Source: Lama glama (taxonomy: Eukaryota). Taken from it: a DNA stretch of 64,000 nucleotides. Position 1 is the first letter of the stretch; every line of letters starts with the position of its first letter. The stretch spans positions 52,204,001 to 52,268,000 of the forward strand of contig CM052828.1 of NCBI GenBank assembly GCA_028534125.1, read 5' to 3'. The notes beneath the pieces were generated by a model. That model was not told the DNA's origin. It made no database searches and was given only the letters and a program-made list of their open reading frames with translations. Position numbers and translations under genes: made by a program. Below are positions 12,963-27,049 of this stretch, piece by piece.

Positions 12963-15680
12963 GTGAGTTCTGTTGGCTTCCTTCAGAAAGCATGTGGGAA
13001 ATAACATAGTGATCTGCTTGAAGGGGGAAGAAACGACACCCACCCAGTAACAATGCCTTTGTGTTATGTTGCTGTTAGCATGAATGCTGATGGGTAGGAA
13101 ACAAAACTTGATTTCACATTCTCACCCTGACAAAGGTTGACCCGGGAATCCTTTGTCCTGGTGTTTGTCTGCTCTTTCAAGGACGAGACGCAATTGTTGA
13201 TAAGTCAGTTGACTCAAAGGAGAAGCTTGGCTGGACAGTGGCCAAGGAGACTAAACTTGTTCTGCCCTATTCTTGGATTTAACGTTCGTCATTGAATACA
13301 CATTTGCCTTCACACATAAAACTGTCAAGATTTCGCTACTTGGATTCTGCTCTAGAGTTCAGTAAACCAAGACACATGAAGCTGGACTGAGTCTAAGTGA
13401 AGCTTAAAACTAAATGTTTTAACTTTCTTCATCTAGACAAAGGATAAATTAGATTGTGCTCCTTCGAAGGCTTATGATGATTCACCTGGGCGATCTTTTT
13501 CCTCTTGATCAAGGTGGAACTTACTTGAAATGGAATAAACACAGGTTTCAGGAAGGAAATTATGTATATAGACCAAGGTCGACATATATAAGCACTAGGA
13601 CAAAAAAAATTGTGCTGTTACCTAATTTTAAAGTTTCTGTTGTATACAAAACAGTCCCATATAATCAGCCACATCCTGTTCAGATCATTGCCCAGTTAGC
13701 AAGATTTCCGAAAGTTGGTAGAAAGTGTCACTCCCCGTAATCAACCAGTTACCTTAGTCTCAGACGGCCAGGTGTTTTTAGAGACCATGCTTATCTTGTT
13801 ATTTCTTGTACATGGGCATTGTTCAATATCTACCAGACTTAGCAGATAGATGTTTTCTTATTAATTTGACAAAATGATGTGAGAAAAAGACAAAAAGTAT
13901 GTAACTTTTATTAAACTTGAGCTATGTTCCAGTTCTCTGTATATTATCTCGTCTAATTCTCATAACAACCCCGTGAGATCATTTTACAAATGAGGACGCT
14001 TTGTCACAGAAAGTTCTGTCACTTTTCCCTTTCCCGTGTTTGGCCTTGCCTCTTCATGCCGTGATGGGGGAGAGCGGAGGGCTTTGAATCAGGCCGACCT
14101 GGTCTCTTTTAGCTCACCCTGGCAAATTACTCACCCTTCAACCGCTATTTCTTTTGCAACATGGGATTAATAGACTCTTCCTCATAAGGCTGTGAATATT
14201 AAGTGATAGCATAAACATTCGGTATATATTAAGTGTTCTATAAATATACTCTCCTTTCTTTATCCTCACTTAACCGTGCCCCTCCCTTTCCAAACAATGG
14301 GAAATTTTTAAATAAAGCTTCCTTATTAGAATAGCAACTTCAGAAAATGTCTCTGGCCCTGGGCTTTGGGTGAGCAGAAGAGAAATCTGCTAGACTCAAC
14401 AATTCCTGATGCCATTTGGTCTTATACCTCCTTCCTCCCACGTTCCTTCCTTTTTAAAGTCTGTTAATAGAGTGACTCTTACTCACACATATGGGAAGTG
14501 GAGGTGCACTGGCATCTGGAAAACTGTGTGCTTGGTCTGATAGATCCTTCATCCCCAGATGCCAACAAGGGGCTCAGAATCCCGAGAGTCTTGCATTCTC
14601 CAGCGGAAATCGACGGGCTCGGAAGGTCTGCTTTTTGCATACTATTTGATGCCGTTGTGTGACACAGTATTCCTATAATCTTATCCTTACAAAGCCCCAT
14701 TTCTGTATTTGTAAGCATCCCAGAAATTCTGTCATGGGAGGAGAAATTTCAGAGTCCTCTGTGAATAGCATGTGCATTTAAGTTATTGATAATTATTTAC
14801 AATATCATTGAGGTCTGAGGGGTCAGCTTGTCCACCTTCTGCAGAAGCACTATTAACGCTGATGGAAATTTTTCTCTAATGAGCAGGATTTTCATCTCAC
14901 CTGTTTCTATATATACAATCTGAATTTTCTTTTTAATTTTTCTCCCTTTCATTTGAATTCACAGAGTCATCTTTCAGATAGCCTTTATTTTTTTTCATCT
15001 GCTCCTCTGTGGGTGGGCTTAGATATCCCCTGTATATATTTCAGACTTTTAATTTTCTCTAATTTATTATGAATCGACCAAGTGGGACAAGCTGATGAAG
15101 AGAAGACTCAGACACTAGACAGGGGACCACTCATGTCACAGGGAGGCATGAGGGGGGCCACACACCTGCAGGTCATATGTGTCTCCACCCATTATACCTG
15201 GCAGAACCAGTTTGTCCAAGCTTGTCCTACCAAGATTTCATTTGGTAAAATGACAGGATTGGGGATTGTTGTTTTTCCTGTTTTTTTTTTGCTGAGAGTG
15301 GACTGCTAAGGAATTTATTATGTACAGCAGCTAATATGTAGTATCTAATAAATTAAATAATATATAGTAGGTCATATATTGCACATTGATCAGTTCTTAA
15401 ACTCTCCAGGCACATAAAAGTGCCTGTTTCCCATATTTCTGAGAAGAGAGCACATGGGAGAAAGTGGATTTCATAGTCATGTGTTGCCCTTGCATTTTAG
15501 GAGTGGAAAGCAAGTGTATTGGCCCCGATGCCAAAGGGAAAACTGGAATGCTTGACTCTTTGATGTCGAATTATGGAGAAGACTGTGTTATAAAATTCAT
15601 ATGTGTTAAGAAACCCAAGATTAAAGCTCATTAAGAGTTTTAAGTTGTTAGGTGAATTCCACCTCCCCCCCCCCAATTTG

Positions 15681-16332
15681 CAGTCTGTTTTCATGACTGC
15701 AGATTTCATGTTTGCAATTTCACCAACTCTCTAAAATTTATTTGTAACCCCAGAATCAGCACTTTCAGTGCTTTCATGGTGCCTTGTAAACATGCACAAG
15801 ATGGTGAAAAATTTAAGTTGCCCTGACACACGTCTCCCCAGCTGAGGTCAAACGAGGTGACCCTCTGCGTTCCTGTTTTCAGCTATCAGATTATAAACAA
15901 GTGTCCTTTTTGTGATCTGTTTAGTGCCATGCTTTTTACATCTCTCTGCTTTTTGTTGGTGATTTCCCTGTTTAAAATGGCCCCCAAATGTCATTGCTGG
16001 AGTGCTGTGTAGTGTCCCTAAAAGCAGGGAGGTTTTGATGTGCTTTAGGGAGAAAACAAACAGCAGGGTAGGATAAGCTTCATTCAGGTGTGAGATATAT
16101 AGTGCGGTAGACACACTGGCCGTAGGTTCCATGTTAATGAATCACCGAGGTACAAAGGGTAGGATGTCCTTCTAGAGAAACACACATAAAACAAGGTCAA
16201 TTGATAAAATGTTTCAAGTCTCACAGGAACCTAACCCTGTATTCCCACTGGGAACAGTGGTTTAGTGTGCACGGATTCGCTATTTGCGAGGACTTTATAT
16301 AGCACCATGACCATGAATAAGGAGATGAACTG
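15681..16332. mobile_element. TcMar-Tigger DNA transposon remnant (MER82-like)
   Basis: cagtc...aactg ends; ctaaaatttatttgtaacccc, tttaaaatggccccc and aggaacctaaccctgtatt motifs. Confidence 0.7.
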
Positions 16333-17589
16333 TGCTTTCTTAAGGCCAGATAGAAGGATGTACAGAAAGGACAGTGCCACCATCATCAAGGCGACCACTG
16401 AGGGTGGCAGTGTGGCAAGGAGGTCCTCCCACTTCTGTGCTGTTGTTTGCGATGGAGGGCGCCAGCTTTACTTAGGGCGAAACACTTTCAGGAAGGGCAA
16501 TGAGGAAGTAATGTTACTGACTGGCCATAGCAGCGGGGGGGCTGGTAAGTGAGTGATGCTTCCAGTGGCCCCCTGCAGGTGCCAGGTGAGTTGGCGCTGT
16601 TTGGTGCAAAGTAAATATTCTCATTGGATGTGATTTATAGCCACATAGAGGCCACATCCTGCGTGATGATAGGGGGAGTGCATTGCCCAAAATGTGACAA
16701 GCTGCTTCAGGTGACAAAGCGAACAGTAGGTTTCGTAGCAGTGGTTTACTCGCTTTTACTCTAAACAGCTGGGCTCCGGCCACTTAGGCTACTTTTATTA
16801 AGCTTGTTGCACAGACTACGTGAGAAGGTACACGGTCCCAGCTGTAATAAACTGCTATTGCCTGAGCTTGGAGCTAGTGTCGTTAAGGGACAGTTGTTTT
16901 AAAGCTCTATCCTTTAAATTTCCAGATGGCAGCAATTTGGGGACTATGTTGAGGTTACCCAAGAAAAATACACCTCCTATTTCTTGAAGATGAAAAATGT
17001 ATAAGAATTTTCAATCCGACTGATCATTTCCGACAACAGAATTACATGAAATTTAACAAACTTTCATTTATTTTTGCTGAATTTGATTAGATACCTTTAC
17101 CCTTATTTATAACCATCTTTTCTCTACATGATAAAGCATTTGGGGTTTGCACTCACGATTGTCATATGTGCATTTCCAAAGTTGATTGTGTCAAGTCCTG
17201 AAATTCTGGGGCTTTTTTAGAAGTCAGAAGGCCTTCACATACCAAGAATTTATTGCCTGAAATAGAAGTGACCCCTAGTTGGCTGGGGAGGAAGGAAAGA
17301 AACCAGGAACGTGGATGGCGGAAGATGGATGATTCTGAAGTTTTCTTCCCAACTGGTAGAGATGAGACAAAGTGGAAACTGTCATCTTACATCACAGCAG
17401 CGTTCTTAAATGTGTCCCTGCATCCACATCCTCCATATCCAGCCCTTATGATACCTACCAGCTGGAATTGCCTTACGTTGTCGGCTGGTTTTTCCAGTTT
17501 ACTAGTTGAGCAACGGTCCACTGGGAATAGAACAGATTGTGAGGTATTAATCATATGTGGCTGGTTTTTCTTTTCCTCTTTCTTTGTAG

Positions 17590-17704
17590 CCGAGATTGGG
17601 GATTTTGATGAAGCATCGGACAGAGAGCATTTAGCAAAAAATAAGTACATACCTCAGCAAGATGCCCTAGAGGACAAAATTGTGGAATTTCACCATAACC
17701 ACAT
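17590..17704 (+). CDS. FARP1: FARP1 coding exon (~exon 7): SEIGDFDEASDREHLAKNKYIPQQDALEDKIVEFHHNHI
   Basis: ttgtag / gtaagt; 115 nt, phase 1->2. Confidence 0.97.
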
Positions 17705-18572
17705 GTAAGTCTCCTTCGTTGCTTCCAACTTCCTTTGAGCTGTTTCTCTCTGTCCTTTAATGTATGTGGGTGTGCACACACACACATACACACACACACA
17801 CAGTGACTACTGGGAAGAAATATGCAAAGAGTGAGGGAGTGGAGCACAGAGGCTCCCGTGAGTGTTGTTACTCATCCTGGGCTCTTGGAAATGCAGGTTA
17901 CCCACTCAAGACCAGACTCTCGGCTCCTTGCTTGCTTTCCTGGGAGACCAGAGTAACCTTGGAATTCTAGGACACCCCATGCTTTGGAGTGAAAGGAAGA
18001 GGATAAGACCAAGTCCTGGGAAATCAGAACGGGGACATGGAAGACTAGGGACAATTTAAGACTATTGTGGGGTGGGAGGGCAGAGAAGATTGTGAAATTG
18101 GAGAACCTTTGTACTGTCTCTTTTGTTTTTTTGTTTTGATCGATCAAATATTTTCAAAGCCTTTTGTTTTTGTTGTTGTTTTAAGGAAGGCACTTGAGTC
18201 TTGGTGATAGCATGAAAGTGTTGCCTTGAACTTTGCAAGTTTAGGGCTGTTATAAGTGACTGCAAACTTGTTTTCACACAATGGTGTTTAGCTTTTATAT
18301 GACCTTAAAGGAAATTCTTTGAGATTCTGAAAAGCTGGCCGAGTATGAGATAGACTTGGGGGGGTTTGTGTTACACGAGCAATAGAGCTTTTGTTCTAGC
18401 TGCTCGACTTTGGGTTATAATGAATGGGAGGTTGGGTATCATCTGATCAGGTGGCCCCATTGTTTGTGATGAAATGCCTTTTTATTTCCCAAGAGAAGGT
18501 GCTTAATCTCAAATTATTAGACACAGGGAATTCAAATCTCCTGGCCTTTCTCTTTAATTTTTGTGTTGTCAG

Positions 18573-18720
18573 TGGACAAACACCAGCAGAATCGGATTTC
18601 CAGCTCCTGGAGATTGCCCGTCGGCTGGAGATGTATGGGATCCGATTGTACCCGGCTAAGGACCGGGAAGGTACTAAGATCAACCTGGCTGTGGCGAACA
18701 CAGGAATTCTAGTGTTTCAG
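18573..18720 (+). CDS. FARP1: FARP1 coding exon (~exon 8): [49 protein letters not shown]
   Basis: tgtcag / gtaaga; 148 nt, phase 2->0; FERM signature LEMYG. Confidence 0.97.
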
Positions 18721-19189
18721 GTAAGAGCGTTTAGAGGCCTGCTTGGTTCCCTTGGCAATGGAGAGATAAGAGTTGGTCCCTAGACTCTGATTCCATGCTG
18801 GGTGGTCCCAGCCAAGACCTCTGATTTTAGTTGTTTTTTAGGTGAATAGGGGAAAACTGACCTTGTCTTGGGGTTTCCCGTTTCTTCCCTTGCTCTCAGC
18901 TTCCCGATTTGATTTCCTTTGCCCTGGGTCTGGTTGGGGAATCCACAGTTACAGATTTGTTGGCATTTATTGACTTTGTAGGACCACAGAGATCTGGATC
19001 TCTCTGTGAACCTTTGCTGGGAACATAGTGTAATGGAGTCAAGATTTCAGACCCCCAGATAAACACCGTTTTCACACTTAAATATGGTATTCATCTGGTC
19101 TTTTTTTTTTAAACCTAATTTGTGTTTTACCTAAGTCAGCTTATTTGTGGTTTCACATTTACCTAACTTAAAAGTGTAGCATGTTTGAA

Positions 19190-19620
19190 GCAACATGAAT
19201 GGACCTGGAAATTATCATATTGAGTGAAGTAACTCAGACAGAGAAAGAGGAACATCACATGATATCACTTATATGTGGAATCTTTAAAAAATGATACAAA
19301 TTCTATTTACAAACCAAAAACAGACTTACTAACATAGAAAACAAACTGTAGTTACCAAAGGGGAAAGAGCGTGGGGTCGGGGGTGGTAAATTAGGGGTTG
19401 GGGATTATCGGACACACATTACTATATATAAAATAGATAAACAACAAGGACCTACTGTATAGCACAGGGAATGATATTCAACTTCTTGTAATAACATATA
19501 ATGAAAAAGAATTGAAAAGAAAAATATATATATATGTGTGTGTGTGTATGTATAACTGAATCACCTTGCTGTACACCTGAAACTAACATTGCAAATCAAC
19601 TGCACTTTAATAAAAAAAAT
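19190..19620 (+). mobile_element. L1 LINE 3' end
   Basis: atggacctggaaattatcatattgagtgaagtaa...gacctactgtatagcacaggga...aataaaaaaaa. Confidence 0.85.
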
Positions 19621-19809
19621 TTTTAAAGTATAGTATGCACTTGGAAGATTCATAGAAACTACAGCCACGTCCTGCTGTAATTTTGCAGCAGAACACCTAC
19701 AGCTTATGGATCCTTACCTGTGTTTTGTATAAGGACATGACATTGTACTCGGAAATGCGTGCCCGCTTGGCCACACTGCTGCTGTACTGTTTCATTGATT
19801 AGTGCATCT

Positions 19810-20130
19810 CTTTTTCGTAACAACTCCGTTGAAGAATTGACACACAATAAAATGTACACATTTAAAGTGTAACCATTCTTAAACATAAGTTCTCAAATAT
19901 ATATATCCTGTGAAAACATCAATGAAATCAAGACTGTGAACGTATTCACCACCCCAAAAGTTTCCTCAAGACTTTGGTTTTTTAAATTTTTTTTAATTGA
20001 GATATGGTTGATTTATAATATTATATTAGTTTCAGGTGCACAACATAGTGATTAAAGATTTTACAGATGATACGTCACTTAAAGTCGTAAAATACTAGCT
20101 ATGTTCCCTGTGCTGAACAACATATCCCTC
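19810..20130 (-). mobile_element. Short L1 3' fragments
   Basis: tttttaattgagatatggttgatttataatattatattagtttcaggtg is a reversed L1 3' terminus. Confidence 0.6.
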
Positions 20131-21584
20131 AAGGCTTTTGTTTTAAACAAAAGTGGATAAATCCGTGCTTCGGTTTCAAAGGGGCAGGAAGAAAGCTTCT
20201 GCCTTCTTCATGAAAGACGGTCAGCTTTCACCCAGCTCTAAAGGTGTATGACCTGAAACTTTTTTTTTGAGCTCTGCCGGGTTGGGTTGCATTTCCTGCT
20301 TTGTATTTTACTGAAATAACCCCAGGGATTCTCTGTCCCTGTATCAGTTATTTATGATGGATGTTAATTGCCTCAGATTCATGGCCCAAGAGCAGTTGAG
20401 GCTGAGTTTCCTGTGGGACACTAGGGAGTGACATTTTGAGAGCAGTGTGGTATTTGAAGAGCTGACTGTCCCTAACAGTTAACGACCTACAGAAATAATC
20501 CTGGAGTCCCTGATGAGCAAAAGGACAATAAAACAATGTAGTTTTCAGTCCTGCTGTTCCATTTCAAAATTAAAACCCTTAAAACATTTCTAAAAATCAT
20601 GGAGATAAGAAGTGCCTGACAGCTGAATTAATTTGCTTTGATTGTGTTGGATAGTCTGAATGTTGAGAATTGCTCAGGAGTGCAGTCACGTACAAAGCCT
20701 GTATCTGGGAATTCATCTTCCGGTCGGTGCCTAATTGCTCCATCCTAACCAATTTAAATAAGTGGTCCTGGTGTTCAAGTGGGCTCGAGAGGCATTCTCA
20801 TTTCGGCTGAGATGACAGGGCAGATGGGGGCTGGTGTCTGGCAGCTCTCCGCTGGTATTCCACCACGACCTGGCGAGCAAAGGTGCCAGTGTGTGTCCCT
20901 CCTGGAGACAACTCTGGCCAGGAAGACACCTGGGGGTGGGGCCTCCCCTCCCCAGACCTTTCCGAGCTGGAAGCCCCCTGGGCATGGGAGCCAGACCAGT
21001 GTGGACAAAGCGGGTGGTGGCTCCCTGCTGTGTTGCCGCTGTGGATATTAAGCACGGCTGCTGGTTCCGGCCCACACCCAGGAATCTCGTTCTGCCTCAG
21101 TAACTGTGTGATTTGGGACACATTAAAATCCAGCCACGCTGCAGTTTCCACATCTGTAGAAGGGAGATAATAAATCCAGCTGGCTGGGTTTTGTGTCAGG
21201 CTTGACGAGATAAGGTCTGTAATGGACTCGGGATGGCACCCGGCACCCCGTTGGTGATGGTCGCTAATAATTGTTTGTGGTGGTTGCCATGATTTTTATT
21301 TGTATTTATCTTTCTCTTTAGCAAGCCCCTTGGCCAGCCTCTTCTCTCCCTGGCAGCAGACTCAGTCTGAACGCCGAATCATATAATTAGTGAGAAGTAC
21401 TGATCCAGGCAGGGAACGGGTGTCATCCCAGTGCTGCGGGTCCTGGGATTTCTCCAGCAAGAGGCATCCTTCCGAGCAGTCTCACATCAGTCCTTTCAGC
21501 TCCCTGGGAACAAAGCCAGCCAGTCCCCAGTCATGTTGCTTCTTACGTGTTTCCAGGCTCACTGGCTGATACTTTCCTTCTCAG

Positions 21585-21680
21585 GGCTTCACTAAGATCA
21601 ATGCCTTCAACTGGGCAAAGGTGCGGAAGCTGAGCTTCAAGAGGAAGCGCTTTCTCATCAAGCTCCGCCCGGATGTGAAT
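21585..21680 (+). CDS. FARP1: FARP1 coding exon (~exon 9): [32 protein letters not shown]
   Basis: tctcag / gtgagt; 96 nt, phase 0->0; FERM F3 lobe. Confidence 0.97.
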
Positions 21681-23046
21681 GTGAGTGCCTCAGGGAAGGA
21701 GGGGGAGGCCTCCCACTGGAGCGCGTCCTGGAGCCCGACTTGTGGCCAGCAGCCATGTCTGCGTGTCCCCATGGTGTATCCTGATGCTCGGTCACTCCCG
21801 AGCTGTCACCATCAGTAGGCAGAGGGTGAAGAAGCAGCAGCACAGATGTGTGCCTGGGAGGGGCCCCGCCCTGGGCACCTACAGGCTGTCCCCTCCTCCA
21901 GCCTCGGCCACCTTGAGACCACGAGCAGCATTCTGCCGTGTTCCAGGCCTGTCCCTTCCCGCACAGCAGCAGTCCCTGCTCCTGTCCCCAACCCCTGACA
22001 GGGCATTCTCACAAGCTAACCAGGCCCCGATGTAACACACATGGCACCTGGTCAGAAGGAAGTGAGCCGCATCTTCCTCGGCCATAAATGGCGATGGAGG
22101 AGACAGGTGGCGTATTGCTAGTGTCCCCAACCAGACCTGGAACGCTTTTCCCCAAGGAAAAAAGAATGATGACAAATGGCAGTTCAGGCTTAGAGTAGCT
22201 GGGCCGCATGAAGGGTGAAATAGGCTTCTCTGGCCTGAGGTGGGAAGCAGACCCCCATGGTAAGTGGTTTTCTAAGTGAAAAGTGTTGTGAGTCCCAAAG
22301 GCTGTGTTCAAGTGACGAACTGCACCACAGCGTGTCAGTAAGTGGGGGCGGCCCTGCCCGGACCTGCGAGATTCCCCGCGAGGAGCTGGAGCGGCCGGGA
22401 GTGTTCAGGCCTGTGGTCACTTCTGTTGATGTAATATGACCACTTCAGTTGGGAGCCTGCAGTCTGGGAGTAGAAAATGGCCATATCCCCTTTCCCAAAT
22501 CAAAGGACATGAATTTTTCAGCCTTGAGTGATACTTTTGTGCTCCAGAAGAAGTGCTCATTTCCTGTCTGGGCCCTGGGGCCACCTGGAGGCTGGAGCCG
22601 TATGCTTTTCAATGGAGAAAAGGCTTAAGAGCAATATTCAAAGTTGGCCTGAGCCATGAGGGAGGAAACAGGGAGAACTGGGTTTCAGTTACTTTAAGGA
22701 GGCCAAAAAGGAATTTCAGAACATTTTTTTTAAGAAGGAGATATAAGCCAAGTAAACAGAGTTTGTTTATGAATTCTGTCAAAGGAGATGCTGTGACTTC
22801 TGCTGAGTCCACTTTGTGTTTGTTCCAATAAGGAATTAAGTGGGGAGGAAAATGGTTGAACAATGAGTAGACTTTGTCATTAGGGGCAACCGTGTTTTAC
22901 TAAACAAGTGAATTCATGGTCAGGCAATAATAAAATACACAGTTGCAATTTTACTGGACACATTTATTTTCTGCCCCCTTTTCCGTTTTTCAGCTGCATG
23001 CCTATGGGTAATGGAAAAAAACCAAAGGGCTATTTTCTCTTTCTAG

Positions 23047-23210
23047 AGCTCATACCAGGATACCTTGGAATTCCTAATGGCCAGTCGGGATTTCTGCAAG
23101 TCCTTCTGGAAAATCTGTGTTGAACATCATGCCTTTTTTAGACTTTTTGAAGAGCCCAAACCAAAGCCAAAGCCTGTTCTCTTTAGCCGGGGGTCATCGT
23201 TTCGGTTCAG
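23047..23210 (+). CDS. FARP1: FARP1 coding exon (~exon 10): [55 protein letters not shown]
   Basis: ttctag / gtgagg; 164 nt, phase 0->2; FERM end (WKxCVEHHxFFRL) and start of FA. Confidence 0.97.
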
Positions 23211-23898
23211 GTGAGGCGTCCCCTTCACATCTCCCCGGTTGCCAGGCGATCGTTTTCCCCGCGACTTGCCTCGGGGAAGAGGTGGCTTCCAAGAGGTTTG
23301 GTTGGTGGGGTGCGTGCTCCGTCGTCCCAGCAGGCTCCTGGCAGACCCTCGGTGTGTTCCGTTTGAACGTTGGCTACCCAGCCTCAGTCAACTCCAAAGG
23401 GGCCAATTCAGAAAGGATTTTCTTTCTCTGTAGAAGATAAAGCACCTTGTTAACACTTGGTGTACCTTTCCCGAATGCTGCATAGACTTGCCCTTCATTA
23501 GTTCGATTTCTCACCTGTTCTTTCAGCAGATCTTTGAGTATCTGTTGTCAAATTCTGTCGAGGCTTTGGGGATATGCAGTGAACACAACTGTCCCCACCT
23601 TCAGGAAGTAGACAGACTCTTAGGATGGTTGCCTCACAACCAAACACAGGATTACTAAGTGGTTTAGTTAGAAACTTTTTCTGTTATTGATAAGGGAAAT
23701 ACCAAGGGACAGAATAAACACAAAAGCATGCTTTTCCTTGGCGCTGCTTCTATTCCTGGCTGGCTGAGAAAACCCACTCACCTCCCAGTTCTGGAGGGAG
23801 GGGAGGTGAAGATGGCAGAGTGCTGGGGTGGGGGAAGCGGTGTTAAATGAGAATGCCTTAGTTGTCTCCCCTGCTTCTTCTCGTGCTCTTCCTTTTAG

Positions 23899-23967
23899 TG
23901 GTCGGACTCAGAAGCAGGTTCTCGACTACGTTAAAGAAGGAGGACATAAGAAAGTGCAGTTTGAAAG
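23899..23967 (+). CDS. FARP1: FARP1 coding exon (~exon 11): GRTQKQVLDYVKEGGHKKVQFER
   Basis: ttttag / gtaaga; 69 nt, phase 2->2; FA domain (SGRTQ...FER). Confidence 0.97.
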
Positions 23968-24261
23968 GTAAGAGAAGGTTCGATGCTTCTTCCAATTTGA
24001 GAGGAGTCATCCTCTCAAGGGAGCAGTGCCCTGCTGCTCGGCACCGCTTCCCCCAGGCTCGGGGAGTTAGAGCCTCGGCCAGTTCAGTGTCAGGAACCTC
24101 TGAGGGCCTGGGGACACTCACTGGAGGATCAGATGAGACTCGAAGAATGGACTGAGAGTACCAAGCGAGGGAGAAGAGGAAACCAGCAGAGGGCAGGGCT
24201 AGAAGAGGAACAGGAGGTTACAGAGGGGATAAAGCACTGTCCAAACTTGCTCATCAGTGAG

Positions 24262-24345
24262 TCCTTAAGTATTGGAGGATTTGAATTGGAAGTATTTTCT
24301 ATATCCTTAAGTATTGGAGGATTTGAATTGGAAGTATTTTCTATA
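24262..24345. repeat. Perfect 42-bp tandem duplication
   Basis: tccttaagtattggaggatttgaattggaagtattttctata twice (24262-24303, 24304-24345). Confidence 0.95.
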
Positions 24346-24394
24346 AACTTCTTTTTTTTTTTTTCAATAAAGTTTGAATGAAGAGAAGCAGGAT

Positions 24395-24630
24395 TTATCA
24401 TTGTTAGCAAATGCTTATAGCCCTTACTCTGTGCCAGGCACTGTTCCGAGCTCTTTACACACATTAACTCCTGTGATCTCCACCCCAAGCTCTGGGAGGT
24501 CGGTGCTATTTTATTCTCTTTTTAAAGATGGAGACGCTGCAGTTCAGAGATGCTAAGTAACTAGCCCAGGTCTCAGAGCTGGTAAGCGGCCCCTGGTCTT
24601 CCAACTACAGGGGCCACTACTCTTAAGCAT
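24395..24630 (-). mobile_element. MIR SINE
   Basis: cttactctgtgccaggcactgtt...agttcagagatgctaagtaactagcccaggtc. Confidence 0.7.
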
Positions 24631-25879
24631 TGTAATGCCGCCAGAGAGTCAAAGAGAAAAGAGTAAAGGGGTGAAATGATCCTGTGTCAAGCACTGTTTA
24701 GTTGCAAGTGTGTGTTTATTTGTCATAGCGTTTTTCTTTCTTCACTCTAACACATTTAAAAAAATCACAGCAAGACAGGATGCATGTTCTACCATGTTCC
24801 TACTACTTAGAATCAAGTGTTAACATTTTAGCATTGGCTTTGAGAGTTTTATTTCTTCTTTCCTTATTTGTAGCTATTGTGGTTACAGATGTAGCTAAAC
24901 CCCTCTTTAACCAACTGTCTTCATTATTTCCCTCCTCCCCTCCCCAGAGGTAACAACCACCTAATGCATGTTACGTCTGTTGTAAACATTCATGCATCCA
25001 AAAAGAACAGGCAGCATTGCTTTGGGGGTGTCCTTTTTCATCTGACTCCCAGTTGATAAACATTCAGGTTGTTTGGTGTTCTGTTTTGCGTTTGCTGAAA
25101 CAGACGCACTGCTGTGACCATCCTTGTCTGTTTCTCCTGATGCAGATCTGAGGTTTCTCCCTCCCTATATCCAGAAATGTAATAAGGAAGCTTATTTGCA
25201 CGCGTATCTAAATGGAACAAACACCTCATCATTTTCTTGGACGATCCACAGTTAATCTTTCAAGGATCATATAAGAAGTGGCCCACCTCTCTGTGACTCA
25301 GAATATGGGTGCTTGGTGTGGGGCACACACTAAGGGAAGGAAAAGATTAGAGAAAGAGGGGTTGATGGCGTGAAAAAACACTGTTGAGTCTATAAATTCA
25401 TTCCTGGGGCAGCCTGGTCTCTGATCTGAGTGCTGTGAAGGAGTTCGCTGCTCAGTGGCAATAGCCTCTATTATAGAACTGATCTGGAAAATTAGACCCA
25501 AACCACACACTGATTTCATATTGTTAGACCATTGCTTACAATTCAGAGCGTCCGCAGGCCCAGCCAACTTCTCCCTCCACTGACATTTCCCAGAACTAGA
25601 AAGTTAGTGTTCGGAGGCTGGTGCTCCTGACAGGCTGGCCCACCGCTCCAGCAGGAGCTGGCAATGGCTGAGAGCTTTGTCAAGGCTGAAGCAACCCCTG
25701 AATCCTGCGAGTGCTGTGGGGTGGATGACTGGGTCTATTTCCAGGGCACATTTATCCAAGCTAGCTTGGGTGCCTTCACGGTGGAGGAAGTGCCTTGGAA
25801 CAGTGGTTATTTTTCAATTAAAAAACAAAACGAAAAAACAACTCACCTAACTTTAGCTGTCTTCTGTGATTTCTCCCAG

Positions 25880-25955
25880 GAAACACAGCAAGATTCATTC
25901 CATCAGAAGCCTTGCTACGCAGCCTACAGAGCCGAATTCAGAAGTGCCAAAACAA
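25880..25955 (+). CDS. FARP1: FARP1 coding exon (~exon 12): KHSKIHSIRSLATQPTEPNSEVPKQ
   Basis: tcccag / gtcagt; 76 nt, phase 2->0. Confidence 0.93.
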
Positions 25956-27049
25956 GTCAGTGATGATGGTGTTCAGTATTACAGCTCTGTCTGTCACCAG
26001 ACTTCCTCTGCTGAGCCCTGTGTCGCCTAGCATGCTCTTGGGTTCTCTGTCCTTCCCCTCAGGGGTGTTGTATGGAGGAGAGCCAGACACAGCCTGAGCT
26101 CTGGGTCCTTCCCCAGCTGACTCCCTCTCCCGTGCTCTCGCCCCAGGGAAGTTGGCTCTGTTGGCCTGAACTCAGCTTAGGGCTGGAACCACCCATGGGA
26201 GCCAGAGCTGAGCCCACCCTCCAGCTAAAGGGCTGCGCTTGTGCGAAGAGGTCAGGACCTACTTCGCGAGTGCTGGGTGCAGCTCCCCTTGGGTGCCAGG
26301 GTCAGAACCTTGTGCTGGCACTGGACTGGGCGGTGAGTTCCCAGGGCTCAGATTACAGGGCAGCAGCCACAGTGGCAGCGAGACACATGATCACTCTTGC
26401 CCAGCGGGTGGCCCGAGCTCGTTTTCCCTGGGGTTGGTATCTGGATGAGTTTTCAGGGTTTTCTCTGTGGTAGAATAAGAACTTTGTTGGAGAAGAACAC
26501 GAAGGTGATTTCATTGTGTGAATCTGAAGTAAGTCCTTAACCTGCCCATCGTACCCTTAGGAATCCAGTCAAAGAAATCTTTGTCATTTGTCTGAAGTCC
26601 ATGTCAGCCGGCCTTGGCGGGGGTGGGGAGTGGTCCGTGATATCTTCTTTTCCTCCCCCTGCCGGCGCCTCCTCAGGAAGCCCCCTGTGGGCTGGAAGGG
26701 CTCCCTTGTTGCACAGAAACTTTAGAAACCCAAGGTGAGACTGAGTCCCGGAAATGAGAGGCGCTGCCTCACCTGTGCTGCTGGGGACTCCGCAGTATCG
26801 GCTTCCACACCGTGAAAGAATATTCTGGATCCTGACCAGACACCCCGGGGAGTGCCCTGGGGGTTGCCCACTTACTGCCAGGGTGCCTTGTTCTAAGCCG
26901 GTGGAGGGCGGGCTTTATGCGGCAGTCGTTTGGGCCGCTTGATGCTGAAGGAGGTGCTGTTAAATTAGCCCCTGCGTCTCTCTCTAACCCTCTCCCTTTT
27001 CTCTTCATCTCCCCGCTCCTTTTCTTGCACCACCCCACCCCCGCCCCAG

